In this document: piece after piece, positions 8,741 through 17,297 of the stretch | Numbering within the stretch: position 1 is the first letter of the stretch | How the letters are laid out: every line of letters starts with the position of its first letter | IMG/VR virus record: IMGVR_UViG_3300030376_001116 | Coordinates: 1-24,012 of that record | Reading direction: 5' to 3' (one strand) | Origin: a virus | Taxonomy: Duplodnaviria > Caudoviricetes | DNA length: 24,012 bases | Made by a program: the position numbers and the translations under genes | Notes under the pieces: model-generated | What the model saw: only the letters and a program-made list of their open reading frames with translations | Databases searched by the model: none | What the model was told of the DNA's origin: nothing

Positions 8741-8750
8741 TACGTCTAAG
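8741..8750 (+). promoter_or_regulatory. Recurring motif TACGTCTAAG (copy 3)
   Basis: Intergenic between tube and chaperone genes; exact 10-mer match to copy 1; preceded by TACCCT at 8730-8735. Confidence 0.5.
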
Positions 8751-8759
8751 TATTAATTG

Positions 8760-9104
8760 ATGGCATTTGTTTTAGATCAGGAAGAGTCCTATTCATGGCC
8801 TTGTCGTTTTGAAGTGCCTGTTAGTGGAGGGAAACACAAGGTAATGACTTTCGACGCTGAGTTTAAAAATATTTCACAGTCTCGTTTAGAAGAATTAATG
8901 AATTTACAAAGTAAAGGTCTAAAGACTGATACTGATATTGCAAAAGAAATGATTATTGGATGGTCTGGAATAGTTGACGGTAAAGGCGAAGAAATACCAT
9001 TTACAGAAAAATCAAAAAAGAAATTATTAGATATTGCAGGCATGGGTAGCCAAATGGTTCAAATTTTTATTTCTAGTAGAAGCAAGGCAAAAGCAAAAAA
9101 CTAA
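8760..9104 (+). CDS. Tail assembly chaperone (gpG analogue)
   Basis: Between tube and tape measure; IIGWSGIVDGKGEEIPFT motif; ends in slippery A-AAA-AAC just before TAA. ATG at 8760 (TTG at 8757 is an alternative). Confidence 0.88.
   Translation: MAFVLDQEESYSWPCRFEVPVSGGKHKVMTFDAEFKNISQSRLEELMNLQSKGLKTDTDIAKEMIIGWSGIVDGKGEEIPFTEKSKKKLLDIAGMGSQMVQIFISSRSKAKAKN
9095..9101 (+). other. Programmed -1 ribosomal frameshift site (A AAA AAC) giving a G-T fusion of about 221 aa
   Basis: X XXY YYZ heptamer in the correct phase. The -1 frame (CTA ACA AAC GCC GTT GAG TAT TGG...) is open and runs into the 9182..9424 ORF, as in the conserved lambda G/GT arrangement. Confidence 0.88.
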
Positions 9105-9424
9105 CAAACGCCGTTGAGTATTGGGCGCAAGGCGGCGTAAAAGATGAACGAGAGAAAGACGCCGAAATATTAGGTTTAAAAATGCCTGAGAAAAAGAAAG
9201 AAAAAGACTTTGCAGTTTGGCCTGAAAATTGGGATACCGTCGAATTATTTCTTAGGTGTCAAACTCAATGGAATACTTCAGTTGGTGGAGTAACAGGATT
9301 AAACTACGAAGGCGTATTAGTTGTCATACAAATCTTTGAGTATGATGATCCCAAAGCTGTTTTTCAAGATTTACAAATTATGGAAGCGGCAGCAATTGAA
9401 CTATTAAATAAGGAGAAAAAATAG
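9101..9424 (+). CDS. Frameshifted tail chaperone extension (gpT analogue, DUF1799-like)
   Basis: Open frame from the slippery site: LTNAVEYWAQGGVKDEREKDAEILGLK then MPEKK...VWPENWDTVELFLRCQTQW...GLNY...DLQIMEAAA. Abuts the tape measure ATG. Confidence 0.85.
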   Translation, partial: LTNAVEYWAQGGVKDEREKDAEILGLKMPEKKKEKDFAVWPENWDTVELFLRCQTQWNTSVGGVTGLNYEGVLVVIQIFEYDDPKAVFQDLQIMEAAAIELLNKEKK

Positions 9425-11218
9425 ATGGCACAAAAAGCAAAATTTAATATGGAGATCGCCGCCAATGTAAAGGGGGCTAACAATATTAAACGCCTTGGTA
9501 ATTCAATGCAGGGCGTTCAGGGCAAGGTAAAAAATTTATCAATGTCAATGGGTGTTTTAAATAACGCCTTTCGTGTATTTGCTGGAATAATTGCGGCTAG
9601 TGCGTTTACTCGTTTTATCAAGGGTGCAATAGATAGCGCTGATGCGTTTGGCAAAATGAGCGATCAAACGGGAATCGCAGCTAATAAATTACAGGCTTAT
9701 GTCAACGCTGGAAAATTAGCAGGAGTAGAACAGGCAACAATTGATAAAGGTTTAAGGCGTTTAGCTCAATCAATGCGTGAAGCTGATCAGGGGATCGCTA
9801 CATATTCAGATTCATATAAGGCATTAGGAATTTCGGTTAGGGATGTTGACGGTAATTTAAAGAAATCAGAAACGGTATTAGGCGAAATAGCTGATCGTTT
9901 TGCAGATATGCCTGACGGTGCGACAAAGGCGGCGTTAGCAATGGAAATATTTGGTAGATCAGGAGCGTCGTTAATTAATTTATTGAACGGTGGAAAAGTT
10001 GCATTAGAAGAATTTAATTTTGAAACGAGTGAAAATTTTGCACAAAACGCAGAGTTTTTTAATGATCAAGTTGCGACAATGGCAATTAAATTTGATGGAT
10101 TTAGAAAGCAATTAACTGACGCATTATTGCCAGCCTTAAATTCTATTGCCTCGGCTTTTGGAAAGTTATTTGATAGTGAATCAAACTTTGAATCCTTATT
10201 TAAGGTGATCGGTGTAGGTTTAAGGGCTATTTCTGGAACTGTTTACGCGACTGTGGCAGCGTTTAGATTTTTAAGTAGAACAATTGTCGATATTTTTAAA
10301 ATCATTAATCAAGCGAGGAAGTTTGATTTTAAAGGAGCTGGAGATATAGCAAAACAGGGTTTATCAGATACGCAAGGTGAATTTATGAAGGATATGGAAA
10401 ATTTAAACAAAATATTTACAGGTAGTGAGGAAGCCCCCGAAAGTTATTTTGCTAATGGAAACAAAGCAGCGGCAAGTTTAAAGATGACAGTAATAGGAAT
10501 AAAAGAAGAAATGGAAAAAACGTTTGGCGAAAATATGAACGCGAAATTGGCATCGTTTGGCAAAACTATGAATGACTTTGGTTCATTGGTAGGCGATACG
10601 ATTGTTAAAGCGTTTAAAGGTTTAGAAGATACTCTTGTTAATTTCGTGACAACCGGGAAGCTGCAATTTAAGTCATTAGTTCAAAGCATCATTGCTGATT
10701 TAGCAAGATTAACGATAAGAAAAGGGATAACACAACCGTTATTTAATGCGTTTACAAGTGCAATAAGTGGTTCATTAGGCGCACCGACTCAAGCACCCGG
10801 CGGCCTGCCTGCTGTCCCTGATCAAATAACACAAACAGGTTTTAATTATTCTAAATATGCAACAGGTGGTTTTATATCAAAGCCTACTAACGCACTAATA
10901 GGTGAGGCGGGTTCCGAATATGTCATTAGATCCGATCAAATGGATCAGGCGATGCGGCGCTACGCCAAAGGAGCAAGGGGGCAAAGTGTTATTGATGGCG
11001 TAGGTGGTTCTGAAGATGAAAGCGGTAATCTTGTAGGAGCTGGCGCGATAGATGTTCGTTTTGATGTTCAACGTATTAACGCGGTTGATTATGTAACGGC
11101 CCAACAGTTTGAACAAGGTATTAGATCAGCAACAGAACAAGGCGCTAGAAAAGGTGAACAGATGACATTAAGACGATTACAAACAAGTCCTAATACACGT
11201 AAAAGAATCGGGGTTTAA
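9425..11218 (+). CDS. Tail tape measure protein
   Basis: 597 aa, Ala-rich and helical; lambda-type C-terminal segment FKGLEDTLVNFVTTGKLQFKSLVQSIIADLARL and YATGG...GEAGSEYVI; follows G/GT. Confidence 0.93.
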   Translation: MAQKAKFNMEIAANVKGANNIKRLGNSMQGVQGKVKNLSMSMGVLNNAFRVFAGIIAASAFTRFIKGAIDSADAFGKMSDQTGIAANKLQAYVNAGKLAGVEQATIDKGLRRLAQSMREADQGIATYSDSYKALGISVRDVDGNLKKSETVLGEIADRFADMPDGATKAALAMEIFGRSGASLINLLNGGKVALEEFNFETSENFAQNAEFFNDQVATMAIKFDGFRKQLTDALLPALNSIASAFGKLFDSESNFESLFKVIGVGLRAISGTVYATVAAFRFLSRTIVDIFKIINQARKFDFKGAGDIAKQGLSDTQGEFMKDMENLNKIFTGSEEAPESYFANGNKAAASLKMTVIGIKEEMEKTFGENMNAKLASFGKTMNDFGSLVGDTIVKAFKGLEDTLVNFVTTGKLQFKSLVQSIIADLARLTIRKGITQPLFNAFTSAISGSLGAPTQAPGGLPAVPDQITQTGFNYSKYATGGFISKPTNALIGEAGSEYVIRSDQMDQAMRRYAKGARGQSVIDGVGGSEDESGNLVGAGAIDVRFDVQRINAVDYVTAQQFEQGIRSATEQGARKGEQMTLRRLQTSPNTRKRIGV

Positions 11219-11220
11219 TT

Positions 11221-11676
11221 ATGGAAATAGCAGTTGGTAATTTTTTACTTTTAAATGGCACACAATATAAGTTTCAAAACTTTTTTATTAACGAAACTAT
11301 TACATATTCTGGAAACGAGTACTCTTTTGCACCCTTTGGATTCTCTGGAGTAAGTGTTAATAGAAATGGTGATGGAACAGAGTGTTCAATTGTTTTTCCT
11401 AATAACTCATTAACTAGAAATTGGGCTGATGAAGCTATAAAAAATAAATGGTTATGCAATATAAAAGTAATGATTTTAGACCCTACTGATAACACTTCTT
11501 TTAATCCTATGCACACTTATCATGGTCGAATTATGGGAGGTCAATGGAACGAAATTAGTGTTACTTTATCTGTTGGGACTATTCTTGATTCTGTGGGGAG
11601 CGATATACCTCAAAGACGGTTAGATAAATCGTTAGTTGGAGATTTACCAACAAGTAGCGGTGTCAGATTGCAGTGA
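11221..11676 (+). CDS. Minor tail/tail-tip protein, gpL N-domain-like (DUF1833-like)
   Basis: ITYSGNEYSFAPFGFSG pattern; position after the tape measure and before an NlpC/P60 gene. Confidence 0.6.
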   Translation: MEIAVGNFLLLNGTQYKFQNFFINETITYSGNEYSFAPFGFSGVSVNRNGDGTECSIVFPNNSLTRNWADEAIKNKWLCNIKVMILDPTDNTSFNPMHTYHGRIMGGQWNEISVTLSVGTILDSVGSDIPQRRLDKSLVGDLPTSSGVRLQ

Positions 11677-12034
11677 TTTAATCGGCTTACGTTATAAACG
11701 CGGAGCTGATGGAACGAATGGGGAAATTGATTGCATTAATCTTTGTTATGTCGTTTTAAAGCGATTAGAGATTGAGACACCTCCTTTTGATACGTCTTGG
11801 TATGAGGAAAGCAAGTTTAAAATCTTTCGTGATCTTTATTCATGGGGGGTAAGAATTGATAGGCCTGCGTATGATGGAGATATTATTCTTATCCCTGATA
11901 AAACGGGGTTTAACTTCGCGGTGTCATGGCAGAAAGGAATCTTGTATTGCAACCCACATCAAAAAATAGTGAATTGGTGTTTGGCGCAAAGCTTCAAAAA
12001 ACTGTATTGCTTCCGTTCGAGAAACAACTTATAG
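11660..12034 (+). CDS. NlpC/P60-fold tail assembly protein (gpK-like), probably degenerate
   Basis: LIGLRYKRGADG...IDCINL and GDIILI motifs. The GTG at 11660 is the likelier start (track start is 11636). Confidence 0.72.
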   Translation: MSDCSDLIGLRYKRGADGTNGEIDCINLCYVVLKRLEIETPPFDTSWYEESKFKIFRDLYSWGVRIDRPAYDGDIILIPDKTGFNFAVSWQKGILYCNPHQKIVNWCLAQSFKKLYCFRSRNNL

Positions 12035-15000
12035 AAACAATTGGATGTACTGAAGATGAATATAGAAAATTAGTATTAGAGGGAATTAAAAGAGCAAAGA
12101 CAAGACCCGCCGCATATTCAATAATTCCAGACATTGAGGCAAAAGATCCTGTAACAGCGTTTTTTATTAACCTTGCTGTCAGTCTTGTTTTAACTGGTAT
12201 ATCAATGTTATTGGCTCCAAAGCCAAAGAAACCGCAAGCAATAGATCAAAGGACTTTAGATTCAATAACAGGCGGCACAAGATTTCTACCAACTAGAGGT
12301 TTTGAAAGTCAGGCAGAATTGGCAACCTTCGCGCAAGCTATACCCATTATTTTCGGTAAGTACACAGGGACAACTGGCGGGATGTTGGTATCGCCTCCCC
12401 TTGTTTGGTCACGGATGTTTTCGCATGGATTACAACAAGGCGTAAAATTAATGTTTGCAGTTGGTGAGGCTGGAAAAGGTGAGCTAATAAAACCAGAATT
12501 AGAGGGGATCTTTATCGGTTCAGGTGCATTAGATTCAATCTTTGAAGATACTTTTGCGTTCTATTGGAAAGGTGAAAGCGTTAATAACAACAGTCGAATA
12601 AAAGGGACAGATTTGCAATATGGAACGAGGGGGAATGAATCGTCTGGTGATCCTGAAAATAACAATGATGTCTTTGCTTGTCCGACTCGCGATAGCTTGA
12701 CCGACGAGGCGTTTTGTTCTGCCCGTAGCCTTACCAATAATGCAGAGTTTGGGGTTTATTCTCCTATCGTTAATGGAACGCCTTACAGGGTTAATTGGCG
12801 CGTAATTTCAATACCTAGTGATGATGATCCACAAAATACATTAGTAAAAGAAAGGGTAAAGATCGCAGGCGATAAAGGAGGAACGGTTCTTTTTGAAGAT
12901 GCAAAGGAATTAGGAATGGAAGGGATAGGCCGGAACTATTCGAGCCGTATGGGAATTACAAGAGTTAATACAACAACACTTCCAGAGAACGGCACAAGAT
13001 TTTCAGAGGTTGATATTGCTAAAGGTCAAACGGTAGACTTCACAATTAAGTCAGGTTCGATTGACGAGGTTTACGGTGACAATGTAACGGTTGATGATAT
13101 TAATTCAGAACTAGATCAAAGAAGAATTAGCGCTGATGATGCGTTGCAGCTAGGCGAAATATTCCAGATTGGAAAAACAACTTTTAAAGTTAAAACAAGA
13201 TCTTTAACGCAATGGAAACCAACAGGAAACGACCAAGTTATTGAGCTTGAATGTATCGAAGTAGATACAGGAACATTTGGGGCAAAGGTTGGTTTGGTTA
13301 ATGCTGATTTATTGGGGCGTAGTTTTTATATCGCAGATATTAACGGCCCAGACCCAACCGATGACGGATATATCCCGAATACAGATTTCTATCCTTTAGC
13401 AAGGTCATCAACAGGAATTGTTAGGAATCAACGCCCTTGTGATGTAACAGAAATTGGGTTGCGTTCTAAAGTCTTCCAGCGTTTAACAGGTCTTTGTAAT
13501 TTCCAAAGCATCCCAACCCCTGACCAATTAAAAACATTTGATGGCGATAAGGTTCAATTAACAAACGGAACGATTACAACCTTTTTAAAACGTGCGTCGG
13601 TTTTTTCAATTTATTTCCGTGAAGTTGATACCTCTGTATGGAATTTAGTTAATGGTACTGATAGCACTTTTGGAAGTTTGTTTTGCGTTATAGGTAGCAA
13701 CCCAACAGAACAATATAATTCGATTCGATTTACTCACCCTGCTTTGAAAGCTTATGAATTTAAGTTTGTTCCTAGAACTGCAAGCTTTATAACAAAGCTA
13801 TTACCAACAACAAGAGTCGTAAGGTTAAGTTCATCAAAAGATCAAATATCGGGGACTGTTCCCGGTGGTTTTGTTATTACTTTAAAAGGCGAAAAAATAA
13901 CCGTAGCTGATATTTTAAGGAACGATGAATTAACAAATAAGCCAAGTTCTAACCCTTCAATCATTGTTCGTAGTTATCCGTCATCTGTTCAGATTCAAAG
14001 CTATCAGCCGGAACATATAGAAGAAACAAGAATTACAAGCCTGTTTTATCAAGGGTTATTTAGTTCGCCTACAGGTTCACCCGATGGCATGAGAGATAGT
14101 TTTTGTTTTGAGGCTTTCGGTAATGCTGATAGCTCTGGTACTCCAATCGGGGGTACAAAATATTTAACAGTTCAGGAAACGTTGCCCGGTAGTGAGTGGG
14201 TCAAGATTCGGTATCACGCGCGGCGTATTGAATTGCCCTCTGGCTGGAAAAACCCAGAAACAAACTTTGATGTAAGGGACGGATCGGCGGCGCATGGTGG
14301 AATATTTAACCCTTACTTTGTGACTGAACATAAGTTTGGCAATATCAGCGGTTGGTCGTTCTATTGGAAAAATTGGGATTCATCGCAACCAACAAATCCG
14401 AATGTAGGTTCAACAGGCGCAGGTAATTTTTATACGATCTACCAAAGCAGTCCTGAATTAGTTGTTTTTGAAATTGGTAATTATAGATATACGGTTGATA
14501 GAAATGGCCCATATCCTGACGGGAGCCAACAGGCTGGTAATGGTTTTACCTATTGGGGAGTAACAAGACAGGAAAAAGTAACGCATTACGCGGCTAGTTC
14601 TGTTAATAGCTCTTGGACTATTGATGATTATCAAGTAATAGATAGCAGCGCGGGAGGTTGGGCGTTAGGTAGCACGATTTCAGTATCAAGAACAATTACA
14701 GGAAGTAACCCTTTCAAAATGGTTCCCGGCGTTTCAGGTGGTTTAACAAGTTCAGGAATAAGTTTGACGGTTACAGGAATTGAAACAGGTGATCAAGCTA
14801 AAAAGATTATTCAAGGGTGGTATTACGAAGTATTTGGTAATGCAGAACAATATTCAGCCGGAACAGTAAGAGAAGTAACTAAGACAATTTCAAACCCGAA
14901 AGATATACAAGTTAAATTAACCGCGACGGTAATGGATGATTCGGATTCTGAATGGTTAGCGGCTGATTATAGTTCTTTCGTCGATATGGAAAAAGGATAT

Positions 15001-16464
15001 AAAAACTTTACAGCCGAGGTTTTAGCTAATTCAAACACCGCGACAAATTGGGAAGTAGGGGAAGAATTTTTTATTACTGAATCTGGAGGCGGTGGAGGGT
15101 GGACAAATTATTCATCAGTTGGCGCAAAATTTAAAGTGATGGGTATCGGTTCAACAAGTTCAGGCGGTGTCTATTCAGCCGATAGAGAATTTGAAAACTT
15201 AACGCAAATATCAGATATTAGTTTTTATGGAAATTTAATTGAAAAATCAAATCAAAATGAGCCTGAACATTCCATCGTATTCATTAACGAAACTGTAAGT
15301 AATGCAACGCCGCCAACATACAAAAACATGGCAACGGCTGGTTTAGCTCTTAAGGCATCAAGGCGGTTTACTGCTTTGGATCAGGTGCGCGTTTGGTTAT
15401 CAGAAGGAATCAAAGTTAAATTAAATCACCCTGACGATTCAGGTAATGGAGCTAGTAACTTATTTACTGATCTTGTTTATTATTTATTAACTGATACGAC
15501 GGCTGGAGCTGGGACGATACTTGGTTCAACTGATGATCTAATTAATACAACTGATTTAGCAAATACATCAAAGTTCCTTAGACAAAACTCTTTATTCTTT
15601 GACGGCGCAATTGATCAACCTGTAAATATTCGCCAATACATTGCAGAAAACGCGCCTAATTTCCTTTGTAGTTTCGTTCTATCTGATGGGCAACTTTCTT
15701 TAAAACCTGCGTTACCTGTTACACCCGGCGGGGATATATCAACAGGCGCGGTTACTGTTAAACAACTATTTACTAGCGGGAATATTATTGAAGATTCATT
15801 TGAATTAAATTATCTAGGAGCCGAGGAAAGAGAGCTATTCAAAGCAGTAATTAGATATAGAGAAACTAAAAAGAATCAATTACCGAAAGAAGTAGTTACT
15901 ACGGTTAAATATAAAACCAGCCCTGAAACTGAAAGCGTTGAATCATTCGACCTTACCAAGTACGTCACAAATAGAAATCATGCCCGTTTAGTTGGTCAAT
16001 ATTTCCTTGCCTTGCGTAAACACGTAACGCATACAATCGCGTTTAAAACAGCGGCGTTTGGTTTAGATCTAGGGGCAGGCGATTATATAAAAGTAGTAAC
16101 AGAGGCAAGCCCATATAGTGCGGCAAATAATGGGGCAGTTTCTACAACAGGCGAAATAACTAGCGCTCAAACATTAGTTGATGGTTTCTATAACGTTCTT
16201 TATTATTCCCCCGCCTCTGATGACGTAGTAAGCGGTTCAATGCAAGTAACCAATATGACGACAAGCGATGCAACTTTCTTTAATACGATATTTACCATTG
16301 AATCAACGGTTATCAGCCAAAATATTTATTTAGTTGAACAGCTAACACTTGATCAAGACAATACGGTGTCTATCGTTGCGAGTGAATTTCCTTGTGATGA
16401 TAATTCTGTTAGTAAAATGGCTTTAGATATAACTGACGATTCTAAGTTCACTTTTGATTCTTAA
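11926..16464 (+). CDS. Tail tip / host-specificity protein, gpJ-like with fused gpI-like N-terminal segment
   Basis: 1512 aa; hydrophobic helix plus LLAPKPKKP and QAIPIIFG (gpI/J-like); C-terminal tail-hub motifs (NLFTDLVYYLLTD, FFDGAI, LFTSGNI, LGAGDYIKV). The start could be 11926, 11974 or 11977. Confidence 0.82.
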   Translation: MAERNLVLQPTSKNSELVFGAKLQKTVLLPFEKQLIETIGCTEDEYRKLVLEGIKRAKTRPAAYSIIPDIEAKDPVTAFFINLAVSLVLTGISMLLAPKPKKPQAIDQRTLDSITGGTRFLPTRGFESQAELATFAQAIPIIFGKYTGTTGGMLVSPPLVWSRMFSHGLQQGVKLMFAVGEAGKGELIKPELEGIFIGSGALDSIFEDTFAFYWKGESVNNNSRIKGTDLQYGTRGNESSGDPENNNDVFACPTRDSLTDEAFCSARSLTNNAEFGVYSPIVNGTPYRVNWRVISIPSDDDPQNTLVKERVKIAGDKGGTVLFEDAKELGMEGIGRNYSSRMGITRVNTTTLPENGTRFSEVDIAKGQTVDFTIKSGSIDEVYGDNVTVDDINSELDQRRISADDALQLGEIFQIGKTTFKVKTRSLTQWKPTGNDQVIELECIEVDTGTFGAKVGLVNADLLGRSFYIADINGPDPTDDGYIPNTDFYPLARSSTGIVRNQRPCDVTEIGLRSKVFQRLTGLCNFQSIPTPDQLKTFDGDKVQLTNGTITTFLKRASVFSIYFREVDTSVWNLVNGTDSTFGSLFCVIGSNPTEQYNSIRFTHPALKAYEFKFVPRTASFITKLLPTTRVVRLSSSKDQISGTVPGGFVITLKGEKITVADILRNDELTNKPSSNPSIIVRSYPSSVQIQSYQPEHIEETRITSLFYQGLFSSPTGSPDGMRDSFCFEAFGNADSSGTPIGGTKYLTVQETLPGSEWVKIRYHARRIELPSGWKNPETNFDVRDGSAAHGGIFNPYFVTEHKFGNISGWSFYWKNWDSSQPTNPNVGSTGAGNFYTIYQSSPELVVFEIGNYRYTVDRNGPYPDGSQQAGNGFTYWGVTRQEKVTHYAASSVNSSWTIDDYQVIDSSAGGWALGSTISVSRTITGSNPFKMVPGVSGGLTSSGISLTVTGIETGDQAKKIIQGWYYEVFGNAEQYSAGTVREVTKTISNPKDIQVKLTATVMDDSDSEWLAADYSSFVDMEKGYKNFTAEVLANSNTATNWEVGEEFFITESGGGGGWTNYSSVGAKFKVMGIGSTSSGGVYSADREFENLTQISDISFYGNLIEKSNQNEPEHSIVFINETVSNATPPTYKNMATAGLALKASRRFTALDQVRVWLSEGIKVKLNHPDDSGNGASNLFTDLVYYLLTDTTAGAGTILGSTDDLINTTDLANTSKFLRQNSLFFDGAIDQPVNIRQYIAENAPNFLCSFVLSDGQLSLKPALPVTPGGDISTGAVTVKQLFTSGNIIEDSFELNYLGAEERELFKAVIRYRETKKNQLPKEVVTTVKYKTSPETESVESFDLTKYVTNRNHARLVGQYFLALRKHVTHTIAFKTAAFGLDLGAGDYIKVVTEASPYSAANNGAVSTTGEITSAQTLVDGFYNVLYYSPASDDVVSGSMQVTNMTTSDATFFNTIFTIESTVISQNIYLVEQLTLDQDNTVSIVASEFPCDDNSVSKMALDITDDSKFTFDS

Positions 16465-16838
16465 ATGGCTTTTCCTACACTTTCCCCTAATCGTCGTCAA
16501 TTCGACCCCGGTTCATATCCTGTTAAAACGTTCACTAATCAAAGTGGGGCAGAACGCCGGATTTTATACGGCAATAAAAGAACAGGAATGAAACTACAAC
16601 TGAGATATGAAAACATAACTGATACAGAGGCAGAGGAATTTAATACCCACTTTGATGATCGTTTTGGTAGTTACTCAACCTTTGATATACCGAGTGAAGC
16701 AAAATCAGGATGGGACGGCGCAACAGGAACGATTGACGCACCCGCGCCGAATAAATGGAGATATGCAACCGCCCCCTCTATTGTTCAAATTAAAAAGGAA
16801 TTAGTTCTGTTACTGTTGATTTAATCGGTGTCCTATAG
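16465..16838 (+). CDS. Distal tail protein-like (Dit/gpM-like); apparent -1 frameshift near 16792-16797
   Basis: MAFPTLSPNRRQFDPG...SGAERRILYG...LQLRYENITD...HFDDRFGSYSTF...WRYATAP. The zero frame stops at 16824; the -1 frame gives GISSVTVDLIGVL* ending at 16838. Confidence 0.65.
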
Positions 16839-16856
16839 ACTGCTATGTAAACGTAG
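16837..16856 (+). promoter_or_regulatory. Putative late promoter AGACTGCTATGTAAACGTAG
   Basis: Intergenic, upstream of the second tube-fold gene; shares AGACTnnTATGTAA with 7745 and CTATGTAnnCGTAG with 74-87. Confidence 0.45.
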
Positions 16857-16865
16857 TAAAAGGTA

Positions 16866-17297
16866 ATGGCAAAACCATATACAGGGCGTGACGCGAAATT
16901 CTTATTAGGAACTGATGAGGTTGGCAAGACAACTTCTTTTTCACTCAATGCAAGCGCGGGGTTATTGGAAACGACCTCATTAGGGGATTCTGTAAGGACG
17001 TTCACGCCCGGACTTCAAACGTTTACGGGTAGCGCTGAAATTATTTACTACAAGCAAGACGACGGAACAAACGACGGGTCAGAATTTCTTAGGATGCTTG
17101 TTAAAACTGGGAGCGCAGGGTTATCAGATAGCGATAGCAAAACCCTAACTCTTAGGTTTACTGATGGGGCTAGTAATAGTGATGTAACAATGACGGCGTT
17201 TATAACAGGTGCAAATATTTCAGCATCACCGGGAGAAATAGCAAAAGCGCAGATAAGTTTTCAAGCAACAGGCGCACTAACTACAGCGACAATCTGA
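16866..17297 (+). CDS. Tail-tube-fold protein (second tube paralog)
   Basis: YTGRDAK...FSLNASAGLLETTSLGDSVRTFTPGL.TFTGS and FITGANISASPGEIAKAQISFQATGAL, the pattern of short siphophage tube proteins. Confidence 0.7.
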   Translation: MAKPYTGRDAKFLLGTDEVGKTTSFSLNASAGLLETTSLGDSVRTFTPGLQTFTGSAEIIYYKQDDGTNDGSEFLRMLVKTGSAGLSDSDSKTLTLRFTDGASNSDVTMTAFITGANISASPGEIAKAQISFQATGALTTATI

